From Bacillota bacterium (lineage in GTDB: Bacteria > Bacillota > Proteinivoracia > UBA4975), in NCBI GenBank assembly GCA_050949165.1, contig JBMNFF010000010.1:150251-214250 (forward strand): a stretch of DNA of 64,000 nucleotides, in the 5' to 3' direction. Below, in pieces: positions 1 to 10,044 of this stretch. Within the stretch, counting starts at the first letter, position 1; every line of letters begins with the position of its first letter. Position numbers and translations under genes: made by a program. The notes beneath the pieces are model-generated. The model worked only from the letters and a program-made list of their open reading frames with translations, was not told the DNA's origin and ran no database searches.

Positions 1-853
1 AACCAACCGCTGGTGGCCACCGGCTAAGCAGCCTAATCTTCGAGCATAGTTGGTATCGTCATCCAGGCCCTTTGGTTGGCGGCCTTGATGTTTTTTGGCT
101 ACAAAATGTTCTGCAAAACTGGGAGGTATCAATGATGTCAGTGTTAGTGGTGAAAGACCTGTCTAAATCCTATGGCAAGCATAAGGTGTTGGATAATGTT
201 TCTCTGGTCATCAATCCCGGAGAGCTTGTAGCCCTGGTAGGTCCCAATGGCAGCGGCAAAACCACCTTTTTGAATTGCATTGCCAACGTCATCAATATTG
301 ATTCCGGGACAGTGGAGATACTGGGAAAGCCCCACACCGATGTGACCATCTTCCACAAGTACTCCTACATGATAGACAACACCGTTCTCTACAGTTATCT
401 GTCGGGGTTAGATCACCTGAAGTTTGTCTGTGAAACCCGCAAGCTGAGCAAAGACGCCGTCAGAAGAGCAGTGGAGCTTGTCGAGAACATCGAGATGGTT
501 GCCCTGCTCATTCTGTCCGGACTTGTCATGGTGGCCTTTGCCATGTTTGCTTCGCAAAAGATTCGCCATAAAACCGGGGTGGGCCTGGGTACGGTACTGA
601 TCTTTGGTTTGGGTTACCTTGCTTCCCGCTATGTGTTAAAGGGAGCCGGGATATTCTTACCCTTTATTTGGCTGAACCAGCCGCTGGTGGCCACCGGCGA
701 AGCCAGCATGATCTTCGATGTAAACATGATGAACAGCGTAATTGGTATCCTCATCCTGGCCCTTTGGCTGGCGGCCTGGGTGTTTTTTGGCTACAAAATG
801 TTCAGCAAAACTGGGAGATATCAATGATGCCAGCGTTAACGGAAAGACCTGTC
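1..853 (+). repeat. Diverged direct repeat, about 165-180 bp (1-~165 and 675-~853)
   Basis: Shared text such as ccgctggtggccaccggc and gttttttggctacaaaatgttc...caaaactgggag..atcaatgatg...gaaagacctgtc. Confidence 0.9.
132..827 (+). pseudogene. Chimeric ABC relic: ATPase N-terminal half fused to a permease C-terminal half
   Basis: Walker A GPNGSGKT is present but the signature motif and Walker B are absent. After ...AVELV the sequence switches to three TM helices. Flanked by a diverged direct repeat. Confidence 0.75.
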
Positions 854-1028
854 AGATTATCCTCAAATCAGCATGAGGGACCTCTGTTGTGGGGCGTTCA
901 TTCTAGCAGAATGTGAGGTTTCGCTTTGAATAATTGGGAGGAAAATCCTTCCGAAAATCCCTCCAGCAATTTTGCAATAACCCCGTTATGTTAAAATAGA
1001 ACAAAAGCCCGGGGAAGGACGGGATAGA

Positions 1029-1448
1029 ATGTATGCGGCAACGACAGAGGCTGCGGTGAGATATGCCGAAACAGACCAGATGGGCGTGGTCTACCATGCC
1101 AACTACCTGGTCTGGCTGGAATTGGGGCGCACCGCCTTGGTGGAGAGCCTGGGGCTAAGTTATGTCGATATGGAGCAAGACGGGATTGTCTCGCCGATCC
1201 TGGAAGTCCGGATCAAGTACCGCAAACCCCTGCGCTACGGAGAGACCGCCCGGATAAAGACCTGGATCGAAAAGTATGACGGACTCCGGGTGGTCTACGG
1301 CTACGAAATCCGCAATCCCCGGGGAGAACTGTGCGCCACCGCCTCCACAGTCAATGTCTACGTCGACAAGCAGAGTTTCCGCCCCGTCGCCATGAAGAAG
1401 CGCCTGCCCCACTGGCACCAAGCCTATGAGGGAGCCAAGAGAGCATAA
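1029..1448 (+). CDS. Acyl-CoA thioesterase (YbgC/YneP, 4HBT family)
   Basis: VRYAETDQMGVVYHANYLVWLELGR signature. Confidence 0.92.
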   Translation: MYAATTEAAVRYAETDQMGVVYHANYLVWLELGRTALVESLGLSYVDMEQDGIVSPILEVRIKYRKPLRYGETARIKTWIEKYDGLRVVYGYEIRNPRGELCATASTVNVYVDKQSFRPVAMKKRLPHWHQAYEGAKRA

Positions 1449-1450
1449 TA

Positions 1451-1476
1451 AAAACAGGGCCGGTCGGCCCTGTTTT
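1451..1476. terminator. Bidirectional intrinsic terminator
   Basis: aaaacagggcc-ggtc-ggccctgtttt between convergent genes. Confidence 0.8.
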
Positions 1477-1477
1477 G

Positions 1478-1795
1478 CTAGCGAATAAACCTGATGCTGA
1501 CAGGATAGCGGTATTCCTGGTTGTTGCTGGCAGCAACGGCAGCCATGATGCAGAAGATGAGATCGACGATGGAAATGACGATGAAGCCGAGAATGCCGAT
1601 TAAGATAAAGGTCAGGATAAAGGAAACAAACAAGCCCAAGAGTACGGTGATCTGGAAATTTAGAGATTCTTTGGCATGCGCCTTGGCGAAGGGCTTGGTC
1701 TCATCGGCGATGAGGAATATCACCAGGGGCCCGATAAAGCCTGTGAACAGGCCCAGAATATGAGTAAGGATTGACAGTACCCTCTGATCTTCCAT
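1478..1795 (-). CDS. DUF4870 (Tic20-like) membrane protein
   Basis: H-A-K-E-S-L-N-F-Q-I-T and YRYPVSIRFI motifs; RBS aaggaggtg. Confidence 0.88.
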   Translation of the reverse strand: MEDQRVLSILTHILGLFTGFIGPLVIFLIADETKPFAKAHAKESLNFQITVLLGLFVSFILTFILIGILGFIVISIVDLIFCIMAAVAASNNQEYRYPVSIRFIR

Positions 1796-1896
1796 TGTAT
1801 AAGCACCTCCTTCCCATGCTGGCAACTGGGACAACGCCTAATCCATACCCAAAGTAATTCGACATGGCGCAGTCTTTTTCCTCCCCGCAGGGTTAT

Positions 1897-2367
1897 TCAG
1901 ACCAACTTGAGCAGGACCTGAGCCAGCTCTTTGTAGCGCGGGAGGGAATCCAACAGTTCCAGACGGCGGGCAAAGCCCCATTCCGCAACCTGAATGGGGG
2001 CTCCTCTCCACACCACCTGGGCCGCCCGGCGGTGGCGCAGCCCCGGCGCCGACTTGTCAAACCGGGCGGGGCCGGTGATTATGAGGATTGCCGCCATCCG
2101 GAATTGGTTCCCCGCTCCCAGGCCAAGGATTACCACATCTCCCCGGTCAATCAGATCATAGAAGTTATCGAAGTACTTCTTTACCAATCCGAATTGGCTT
2201 CCTGAGCCCCCCGCCAGCTGAAGCCGGGAAAAGAGCGCAAGGCGCACTTCGGCGCTCAGGGAGCCGTAATCGACGTCAACCCCCTCCTGGTCAATGGCCA
2301 CAAAGGCGGAATCGCTCAGAAACAAGGGCACCCAATTCTCTTTGGCCTTCATCAACCAGACATTCAT
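1897..2367 (-). CDS. Hypothetical protein resembling the EVE/PUA-like N-terminal domain of Mrr/McrB-type enzymes
   Basis: WLMK...FVAI...F..I..GDVV...ITGPARFD....RHRR...W pattern; RBS gggggtgaggg. Confidence 0.5.
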   Translation of the reverse strand: MNVWLMKAKENWVPLFLSDSAFVAIDQEGVDVDYGSLSAEVRLALFSRLQLAGGSGSQFGLVKKYFDNFYDLIDRGDVVILGLGAGNQFRMAAILIITGPARFDKSAPGLRHRRAAQVVWRGAPIQVAEWGFARRLELLDSLPRYKELAQVLLKLV

Positions 2368-2486
2368 TCCCTCACCCCCGGCTTTCTAAATAGATATGCC
2401 GCCGGGGCCGGGATAAGACTTGTATCAAAAAGGGAGCTGTCGCCAATCGGCGACAGCCCTCGCCCGGGGAGCCGAAAGCCCCCCAG

Positions 2487-3662
2487 TTAACCTAAAAATC
2501 CCTTGACCAAGATCAGCGGCGTACCGGCATCGGCGGAGCCACTGACCAGATCCGCCAGGCTGGCAATGACATCCTCCAGGCGTCGGGGGGTCGTTCCTTC
2601 CGCCTCCATCTGGCTAGGACTGCTGATGGAATGCTTTTGCCGAAGGATTTCTTCTATCTCTTCGGCACTGCGGCCTTGGTGAAAATACAGATCTGCCAGG
2701 TATTTATACTTATAGCCTTCCCGCATGGCGTTGGCAAACCCGGCAGTGGCGCCGAAGACGGGCTGGGGATCCGCCAGCTCGTAAATCTGGGTGGTGGGAT
2801 CCTTATAGGCTCCATCTCCGTAGATAATGACCTCAATTGCCTTGCCAGTGAGCGCCGCCACTTCCCGCTGGACATCCCGGGCAAAGGCCGCGGCATCCCG
2901 GGGAGGCAGCTTTATCCTGTTCTCAGTGGACATATTGCTGCCCAGGAGTCCCCACTCCGACCATGCCGGCCGCTGGGGTGAAGAACAGAGGTCGGAAAGG
3001 GTCAGCGTCTTGACCTTGCCCTGGAGGGCCTGTTGGGTTCGCTGGCGGCTGTGGACATCGGCGATGATTACAGCCTCCGGAGCCAGGGTCAGGATGTACT
3101 CCGGGTCGTTGCTGAGGTGGATATTGGCCCGGGGGCCCTGCCCCTGGATAACCTGGCGGTAGAAATCGATATAGTCTATTTCGGTAATAGGGTGCTTAAA
3201 GCTATGGCCTTGTAGTTCTTGGGGGGTGATGGCATCGGTGTATACCTTGCCCAGGCTGCTTGAGAAGGCCTCGGAGATTATCTGATTGCCTACTTCGTCC
3301 CGTGGCCAGGAAAGCTGCACCACAACTTCTCCTTGGGGCACTGCCGAGGCAAAGGCCTCCAGGATCATGGAAAAGCGATTGCGGCTGGCAATGGGAAAGA
3401 GCACGCCAATCCGGGCATTTGGCGCCAGTTCCAGGCGCTCCCGAAGTTCTGCGGCAATTTCTTCGGTGGTTACATAGTTATTCTGGGCCCGGGCCAGCAC
3501 AGACTCGGTGATGCACAGGACATCTCCATCGGCCAGGAGCTGATCCCGATGACACTGTTTGACCACCTCGGCAATCATCCCCTTTAAATCCGAGCCGGGC
3601 ACAACCACGCCCATTTTTAAGCCCAGGGCAGCAGGACCAATGTACGCAGGTAATTTTGCCAT
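2487..3662 (-). CDS. Coenzyme F420-0:gamma-glutamyl ligase-like protein (Firmicutes long form)
   Basis: ITESVLARAQNN, YGDGAYKDP, GTTPRR...SLADLVSGS.D.GTP motifs. Confidence 0.8.
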   Translation of the reverse strand: MAKLPAYIGPAALGLKMGVVVPGSDLKGMIAEVVKQCHRDQLLADGDVLCITESVLARAQNNYVTTEEIAAELRERLELAPNARIGVLFPIASRNRFSMILEAFASAVPQGEVVVQLSWPRDEVGNQIISEAFSSSLGKVYTDAITPQELQGHSFKHPITEIDYIDFYRQVIQGQGPRANIHLSNDPEYILTLAPEAVIIADVHSRQRTQQALQGKVKTLTLSDLCSSPQRPAWSEWGLLGSNMSTENRIKLPPRDAAAFARDVQREVAALTGKAIEVIIYGDGAYKDPTTQIYELADPQPVFGATAGFANAMREGYKYKYLADLYFHQGRSAEEIEEILRQKHSISSPSQMEAEGTTPRRLEDVIASLADLVSGSADAGTPLILVKGFLG

Positions 3663-3839
3663 ACCCTTCACCTCTATTACATTTTTTACCCCGATGATTT
3701 TATCATAATACTATAGTTATTGCCATTCCCTGTTATTTTTTACTCCTGCGCGGCCTTGGCGAGGAGGAAGGCACTTGCATCCGCCGCCGACAACCTATAA
3801 ACTTAAGCAAAGAAACACATGCAGTGGAGGAATTTTAGT

Positions 3840-5507
3840 ATGAACGTCTTAGACAGGGTCAAGGATGCGTTGAAACAGGAAATCGCTGCAGCCGCTCTCA
3901 AGGCCGGCTTTGCCCAGGTCGGCAATATCCCAGTGGTGCTGGAAACGCCCCGCCTCAAGGAACACGGCGACTACGCCACCAACCTGGCCATGCAGCTGAC
4001 CAAGATCGCCAAACAGCCGCCCAGGCAAATTGCCCAGGCAATAGTGGATAATCTCGACGCCGGCAAGGCCAGGGTCAGCCAGGTGGAAATTGCCGGCCCT
4101 GGATTTATCAATTTCCGCATGGACAAGAGCTATCTCCTGGACATAATTCCCGAAATCCTCAGGGCAGGGCGGGAATACGGCAGCTCAAATCATGGGGGAG
4201 GCCGCAAGGTAAATATTGAGTTCGTTTCGGCAAACCCCACGGGAGACCTGCATGTAGGCCATGCCCGCAACGCTGCGGTGGGGGACAGCCTGAGCCGGAT
4301 TATGGCCAAAGCGGGCTATGCCGTGCATCGGGAGTACTATATCAACGATGCCGGCAACCAGATCAACAACCTGGCCCTTTCCCTGGAAGCCCGCTATCTC
4401 CAGGCCCTGGGCCAGGATTTCCCCATGCCCCAGGACGGCTATCACGGCGCCGACATCATAGCCATGGGCAGGGAGTTGGCGGCCAACGAGGGTGAAAAAT
4501 ATGCCGGACTGCCCAGGCCAGAGCGCCTGCAGGTAATGCGCCAATACGCCCTGGAAAGAGAAATAGACAAGCTGCGGCGGGATCTGGCCGACTTCGGCGT
4601 GGAATTTGACACCTGGTTCTCGGAGACTTCCCTGTACGAGTCGGGCACGCCCGAGGCGGTCCTGGAGTTTATGAGCCGGCAGGGCTGCACCTACCGGGAA
4701 GGCGGAGCGGTGTGGTTCCGGGCCAGTGAATTCGGCGATGACAAGGACCGCGTCCTGGTCAAGCAGGACGGCTCCTACACCTACCTGATGCCGGATATCG
4801 CCTACCACCGGAACAAGCTGGAGCGGGGCTTTGAGACCCTGATCAACGTGTGGGGGGCAGACCACCACGGCTATATTCCCCGGCTGCGGGCCGCCCTCAA
4901 GGCCCTGGGCTATGAGCCCGACCGGCTGCAAATCCTCATCATGCAGATGGTCAACCTCTTCCAGGACGGGGAAAAGATCAAGATGAGCAAGCGCACCGGC
5001 AAGGCCGTAACCCTCCGGGATCTCCTGGACGAAGTGGGGGCCGATGCCGTCCGCTACTTCCTGACCATGCTCAGCGCCGACTCGCCCTTGGATTTCGACC
5101 TGGACCTGGCGGTATCCAAGTCCAACGACAACCCCGTCTTCTATGTCCAGTATGCCCATGCCCGGCTGTGCAGCATGGAGGAAAATGCCCGGGAAGCCGG
5201 CCTGACCTTGGACCAGGATCTGAACCTCTCTCCCCTCGACCTGGAAAGGGAATACGATCTCCTAAACCACCTGGGCGAATTCCCTTCCGTGGTGGCGGAA
5301 GCGGCAGAGAGGCTCATGCCCCACCGGGTGGTGGCCTATGTGTTCGAGTTGGCATCCCAGCTCCACAGTTACTACAATGCCCAACGGGTCATCGACCCCG
5401 ATGACCTGGCCGCCAGCAAAGCCCGCCTGGCCCTGATGAAGGCGGTGCGGATAACCATCGCCAATGCCCTGGACCTCATCGGCGTCACCGCCCCGGAAAA
5501 GATGTAA
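3840..5507 (+). CDS. argS: Arginine--tRNA ligase
   Basis: [15 protein letters not shown] (HIGH-like), [14 protein letters not shown]-terminal APEKM. Confidence 0.98.
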   Translation: MNVLDRVKDALKQEIAAAALKAGFAQVGNIPVVLETPRLKEHGDYATNLAMQLTKIAKQPPRQIAQAIVDNLDAGKARVSQVEIAGPGFINFRMDKSYLLDIIPEILRAGREYGSSNHGGGRKVNIEFVSANPTGDLHVGHARNAAVGDSLSRIMAKAGYAVHREYYINDAGNQINNLALSLEARYLQALGQDFPMPQDGYHGADIIAMGRELAANEGEKYAGLPRPERLQVMRQYALEREIDKLRRDLADFGVEFDTWFSETSLYESGTPEAVLEFMSRQGCTYREGGAVWFRASEFGDDKDRVLVKQDGSYTYLMPDIAYHRNKLERGFETLINVWGADHHGYIPRLRAALKALGYEPDRLQILIMQMVNLFQDGEKIKMSKRTGKAVTLRDLLDEVGADAVRYFLTMLSADSPLDFDLDLAVSKSNDNPVFYVQYAHARLCSMEENAREAGLTLDQDLNLSPLDLEREYDLLNHLGEFPSVVAEAAERLMPHRVVAYVFELASQLHSYYNAQRVIDPDDLAASKARLALMKAVRITIANALDLIGVTAPEKM

Positions 5508-5548
5508 AGATAATGACCGCCCCCGAGCAGCCGGGGGCGGTCTTCCTT

Positions 5549-6145
5549 TTACTGGGGCCGGCATTGGCCAAACTGACCAATGAGCACTATCCTGTTCAGA
5601 TTGGGCGTGATAAAGGGCGGAGCGGTTTCAGCGGTGACCACGATGTCCTGGAAGGGGGCAAACTGTTCTCCGGGACCAAAGGTTATGGCGCCCACCCAGA
5701 CCCCAGGCTCAATGATGACAGGTCCAGTCTGGAACAATTGGAAGGGGATGGGCGCCTGGTTGGGGCGGCGAATCCAGGCGACATAGGTGGAGCCGCCGAA
5801 GGTGCCCGGCGGCGGCAGCCCGATGGTGGAGACCAGCACATTCCCCTCCCGGGCATTTTGCACCACCCGGGCCACGCCCCCCGCCTCGGCTTCAGGCAAG
5901 ATGGGCACATTGGCGGTGCGGAATAAGAGCATCGAACATTCCACCACCGGCGGGGCGCCGGAAGGCACGCAGATCTGCTGTCCCGGGAAGATCATGTTGG
6001 GATCGGAAATCTGGGGGTTGGCGGCAATCAAGGCGTTGAGGCTGACGCCGAACCGCTGGGCGATGAAAAACATGGTATCCCCGCTGACCACTGTGTAGAT
6101 AAAGCCCGAGCAAGCGGCAGGTGGAGGGGGAAATTGTCTTTGCAT
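5549..6145 (-). CDS. LysM-domain SafA/ExsA-like spore coat protein
   Basis: YTVVSGDTMFFIAQRFGVSLNALIAANPQISDPNMIFPGQQICVP; RBS aagggagg. Confidence 0.85.
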   Translation of the reverse strand: MQRQFPPPPAACSGFIYTVVSGDTMFFIAQRFGVSLNALIAANPQISDPNMIFPGQQICVPSGAPPVVECSMLLFRTANVPILPEAEAGGVARVVQNAREGNVLVSTIGLPPPGTFGGSTYVAWIRRPNQAPIPFQLFQTGPVIIEPGVWVGAITFGPGEQFAPFQDIVVTAETAPPFITPNLNRIVLIGQFGQCRPQ

Positions 6146-6224
6146 AGGAAAACCTCCCTTCATCGTGCTGGTACAGTGTATGAAGGGAGGTTTCATCCTG
6201 AATTCCGCAATAGGCCAGGCCGAA

Positions 6225-7208
6225 CTAGACCCGGGCCACCTGCTCCACCAGCCAGTCCCGGAAGTCTTCGACCTGGGACGAGCCGGCGGCTTCTTTATAC
6301 CGACCGGCGATGGCGTCGGGGTCCAGGGCTGCTCCATGCAAGGCCGCAGCCATTTCCTCAATGAGTTGCGGGTTCATGGCGTCGGAGTAGATGGTGGCCT
6401 GGGTGATGATGCCCTTTTTCAGGCTGAGGCCAACCTGAATTTCTCCCCAGGGAAAGCGGGTTTCAAATTCCAGGTCGAACTTGGGCGTATGGCCGTACCG
6501 CCACTCCCAGGAAGAGTAGCGTTGATAGAGGTCGGCCAGGGCCAGAGAAGTCGGGGAAATAACTTCCTCCCGCCCTTCTCCGCCATAGACCTCGACGAAA
6601 GCTTCGGCCAGGGCAGCGGCCATAGTCTCGATGCTGATGTCGGGATTGAGGCTCTTGAGGTTGACCACCCGAGCCTGCACCGATTCTATGGCCTTGGAAC
6701 GCATCTTGGCCTGGGATACCTGGAGATACCTGGTCATATCCTCAAAATCCACATCCACCAGGATGGTGCCGTGGTGATAGGCGCTCAGTTCCTCAAAATA
6801 AAAGGCATTGCCGGAGAACTTTCGCCCCTGAACAACGATGTCGTTGCGGCCGCTGAATTCCGCCTCGATGCCCTGCTTGCCCACCGCCTTGAGGATGACC
6901 CCCAGCTGCCGCTCCAAATTATAGTTTCTCCGCTCCATGATGAAGGTAAAGTTGAGATTGCCCAGGTCATGGTAGACGGCGCCGCCGCCGGACAGGCGCC
7001 GGGCCAGCTTTTTGCCGTCTGCTTCCAATTCCCTGCATCGGCACTGCTTCCAGGCGTTCTGGTTGCGCCCGATGACCACGGTGCCCTGATTCTGCCAGAG
7101 GTAGAGCACCACCTGGTCGGGGCCTATGGTCCTCAGCAAGTGCTCTTCCAGGGCAAGATTGTACCAAGGGTCAAAACTGGTGGAGCGAACGATTCTGGTT
7201 TTAAACAT
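6225..7208 (-). CDS. lplA: Lipoate--protein ligase A
   Basis: NLALEEHL, VVIGRNQN, RRLSGGGAVYHDLGN, KFSGNA, HHGTIL. Confidence 0.95.
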   Translation of the reverse strand: MFKTRIVRSTSFDPWYNLALEEHLLRTIGPDQVVLYLWQNQGTVVIGRNQNAWKQCRCRELEADGKKLARRLSGGGAVYHDLGNLNFTFIMERRNYNLERQLGVILKAVGKQGIEAEFSGRNDIVVQGRKFSGNAFYFEELSAYHHGTILVDVDFEDMTRYLQVSQAKMRSKAIESVQARVVNLKSLNPDISIETMAAALAEAFVEVYGGEGREEVISPTSLALADLYQRYSSWEWRYGHTPKFDLEFETRFPWGEIQVGLSLKKGIITQATIYSDAMNPQLIEEMAAALHGAALDPDAIAGRYKEAAGSSQVEDFRDWLVEQVARV

Positions 7209-7261
7209 TAGATTCCTCCCACAAGGGGACGGTCCCCCTTTAGGAGTCCGTCCCCCGGATA

Positions 7262-8440
7262 TTACATTTGCACCAAGGCGGCGATGCCCTGGCCGCCACC
7301 GATACAGAGGGTGGCCAGGCCGGTCTTGGCCTTGCGCCGCTTCATCTCGTAGAGCAAGGTGACGAGAATCCGGGCGCCGCTGGCGCCAATTGGGTGCCCC
7401 AGGGCGATGGCCCCACCGTTAACATTGACGATTTCGGGGTTCCAGTCCAGCTCCTTGGCAACTGCCAGAGATTGGGCGGCAAAGGCCTCGTTGGCCTCGA
7501 TGAGGTCCAGATCGTCGATGGTCAGGCCGGTCTTGGTCAAGAGCTTGCGCACGGCGTAAACAGGTCCAATCCCCATAATCCGGGGCTCCACGCCGGCACA
7601 GGCCGAGGCCACAAAAGTAGCCAGAGGCTCAATCCCCAACTCCTGCGCCTTGGCCTCGGTCATCAGAACCACCGCAGCAGCGCCGTCATTGATGCCGGAA
7701 GCGTTGCCGGCGGTGACGGTGCCGTCCTTCTTAAAGGCGGGGCGCAGCTTGGCAAGGCTTTCCACCGTCACTCCCGCCCGGGGGTATTCATCGGTGTCAA
7801 AGATTACCGGGTCTCCCTTACGCTGGGGAATCTCCACCGGCACGATCTCTTGGGCAAAGCGCCCTTCGGCGATGGCTGCCTGGGCCCGGCGCTGACTTTC
7901 GGCGGCAAACTCATCCTGCTCCTGGCGGCTGATATTGTACTGCTCTGCCAAATTCTCGGCGGTTATGCCCATGTGCACATCCTCCATGGCGCACCAGAGG
8001 CCGTCCTTGATCATGGCGTCCTCGATGGCGCCATGTCCCATTCTGTGCCCCCACCGGGCTCTGCTGAGATAATAGGGAGCCATGCTCATATTCTCGGCTC
8101 CCCCAGCCACCACAATGCTGGCCTCGCCCAGGGCGATGGCCTGGGCGCCCAGGGCGATGGCCCTGAGACCAGATCCGCACACCATGTTGACGGTCATGGC
8201 CGTGGCTTCCACGGGGATGCCTGCGCGGATAGCAGCCTGGCGGGCGGGGTTCTGCCCCTGCCCCCCCTGAAGGATATTGCCCAGGAAAACTTCTTCAACC
8301 TGGTCGGCGGCGACGCCCGCCCTCTTCATTGCCTCCCTGAAAACCAGCTCGGCCAGGGAAACGGCGCTGATATCCTTTATCGTTCCCCCGTAGCTGCCCA
8401 CGGGAGTCCGCACCGCCGAAGCGATGACTACCTTTTCCAT
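7262..8440 (-). CDS. thlA: Acetyl-CoA C-acetyltransferase (thiolase)
   Basis: [29 protein letters not shown]. Confidence 0.96.
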   Translation of the reverse strand: MEKVVIASAVRTPVGSYGGTIKDISAVSLAELVFREAMKRAGVAADQVEEVFLGNILQGGQGQNPARQAAIRAGIPVEATAMTVNMVCGSGLRAIALGAQAIALGEASIVVAGGAENMSMAPYYLSRARWGHRMGHGAIEDAMIKDGLWCAMEDVHMGITAENLAEQYNISRQEQDEFAAESQRRAQAAIAEGRFAQEIVPVEIPQRKGDPVIFDTDEYPRAGVTVESLAKLRPAFKKDGTVTAGNASGINDGAAAVVLMTEAKAQELGIEPLATFVASACAGVEPRIMGIGPVYAVRKLLTKTGLTIDDLDLIEANEAFAAQSLAVAKELDWNPEIVNVNGGAIALGHPIGASGARILVTLLYEMKRRKAKTGLATLCIGGGQGIAALVQM

Positions 8441-8461
8441 TTTCTCTCCCACCTCCATTTA

Positions 8462-9124
8462 TTATTCCATCAGGCCAATCTGCTCGGGAATGATCAGTTC
8501 CGCTTCGGTATTGGCCACCACGTCTTCCACGCTTACCCCCGGCGCCAGTTCCCTCAGCACCAGTCCCTCCGGAGTCACCTCGATGACCGCCATATCTGAA
8601 ACAATGAGGCTGACCTGGCCCTTGGCGGTCAGGGGCAGGCGGCACTGGCGGAGGATCTTGGGCGAGCCGTCCTTGGCCACGTGCTCGGTGGCGACGATGA
8701 CCCGCTTGGCCCCCGTCACCAAATCCATGGCCCCGCCCATTCCCGGCACCATTTTGCCGGGAATCATCCAGTTGGCCAAGTTGCCCTGAGCGTCGACTTC
8801 CAAAGCGCCCAAAACGGTATAGTCCACATGCCCGCCGCGGATAATCGAAAAGGAAGTGGCGCTGTCGAAGCAACAGCCGCCGGGTAAAATTGTTACAGGC
8901 TGTCCGCCGGCATTGCATACATCTATGTCAATCTCCTCGGGGGTCGGAACAGGGCCAACTCCCAGAAAACCGTTTTCCGATTGAAGCACGACATTGACGT
9001 CCTGGGGGATGTAGTTTGCTACCAGGGTGGGCAAACCAATGCCCAAGTTGACGACATCGCCGTCTTTAAACTCCCGGGCAATCCGCTTGGCAATGAGAAC
9101 CCGTTTGGCTTGCTTTTCGTCCAT
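8462..9124 (-). CDS. atoA: 3-oxoacid/acetoacetate CoA-transferase beta subunit
   Basis: [23 protein letters not shown]. Confidence 0.93.
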   Translation of the reverse strand: MDEKQAKRVLIAKRIAREFKDGDVVNLGIGLPTLVANYIPQDVNVVLQSENGFLGVGPVPTPEEIDIDVCNAGGQPVTILPGGCCFDSATSFSIIRGGHVDYTVLGALEVDAQGNLANWMIPGKMVPGMGGAMDLVTGAKRVIVATEHVAKDGSPKILRQCRLPLTAKGQVSLIVSDMAVIEVTPEGLVLRELAPGVSVEDVVANTEAELIIPEQIGLME

Positions 9125-9778
9125 CTACCGCACCTCCTGGACCAGGTAATCCACAAAGATGCCCGGCGTCACCACATGATCAGGATCGAGGGCGCCCACC
9201 TCGACAATCTCCTCCACCTCGGCCAGAACCAGTTTTGCAGCCATGGCCATCAAGGGGTTAAAATTGCGAGCCGTCCTCCGGAAGAGCAAGTTCCCATCAG
9301 TGTCGGCCTTATGGGCTTTGATCAGGGCCACGTCGGCATGAATAGGCGTGGCCAGGATGTATTCCTTTCCGTCAACCACGAGAACTTCTTTGCCCTCCTG
9401 GGCGACGGTGCCCAAGCCGGTGGGCGTTAGGATTCCTCCCAGGCCGGCTCCCGCCGCCCGGATCTGTTCGGCCAGGGTGCCCTGGGGAATCAGTTCCACA
9501 GCTAATTCTCCGGCATTCATCTGCTGCCCCGTGGGCGGATTGGTGCCGATGTGGGAAGCGATTACCCGGCTGGCCTGGCGATTGACGATGAGCTTGCCGA
9601 TGCCCCGATCGGGGAATCCGGTGTCATTGGCAATGATGGTGAGATCGGCAGTGCCCAGTTGAACCAGCGCATCAATTATACCATGAGGACTGCCGACGGC
9701 TAAAAACCCGCCGATCATCACCCGGCTGCCCGGGGCAACCATTTCGGCCGCCTCTTGAAAATTAAGCACCCGCTTCAA
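9125..9778 (-). CDS. atoD: 3-oxoacid/acetoacetate CoA-transferase alpha subunit
   Basis: IGGFL, PQGTLAEQIRA.GAG, RNFNP.MA. Confidence 0.93.
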   Translation of the reverse strand: MKRVLNFQEAAEMVAPGSRVMIGGFLAVGSPHGIIDALVQLGTADLTIIANDTGFPDRGIGKLIVNRQASRVIASHIGTNPPTGQQMNAGELAVELIPQGTLAEQIRAAGAGLGGILTPTGLGTVAQEGKEVLVVDGKEYILATPIHADVALIKAHKADTDGNLLFRRTARNFNPLMAMAAKLVLAEVEEIVEVGALDPDHVVTPGIFVDYLVQEVR

Positions 9779-9813
9779 GCAAACACCTCCATGATATTAT
9801 TGTCACTTGCTTA

Positions 9814-9840
9814 ATTCTCCAAGGAAGTCAAAGTTCCTTC
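9814..9840 (-). promoter_or_regulatory. Sigma-H-type promoter of the CoA-transferase/thiolase/lplA operon
   Basis: Minus strand gaAGGA-actttgacttccttgga-GAAT matches the sigma-H consensus. Confidence 0.6.
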
Positions 9841-9909
9841 TCCATGGGCGACAAATGTTCATTATGACCGCTGGCGCAAGATTTTTCTTGCGCTTAGGCA
9901 AAAATTGTA

Positions 9910-10044
9910 TTGCATTGCTCGGCCACCAATAGTATAATTTAGAAGAGTCCTATATTAGTTGGCTGTGCCCAGGTAAATCTACTCCTTTGTTAGGTTTAAT
10001 CCCGGCTGCCCAGACCAACGGGGATAACAAAGGAGGTTAAATTA
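9910..10044 (+). promoter_or_regulatory. Sigma-A promoter and structured ~100-nt 5' leader
   Basis: TTGCAT-17-TATAAT (9910-9938); anti-SD ctcctttgtta (9982-9992) is complementary to taacaaaggag (10025-10035). Confidence 0.65.

Noticed and set aside
3680-3839. T-box upstream of argS
   Set aside because: No GGTGGNACC T-box sequence, and the leader is too short.
7268-8599. Long antisense ORFs (443 aa here; also 4185-5159, 6165-7211, 24104-25099, 33952-34968)
   Set aside because: Shadow frames of GC3-rich genes on the opposite strand; no RBS or protein motifs.
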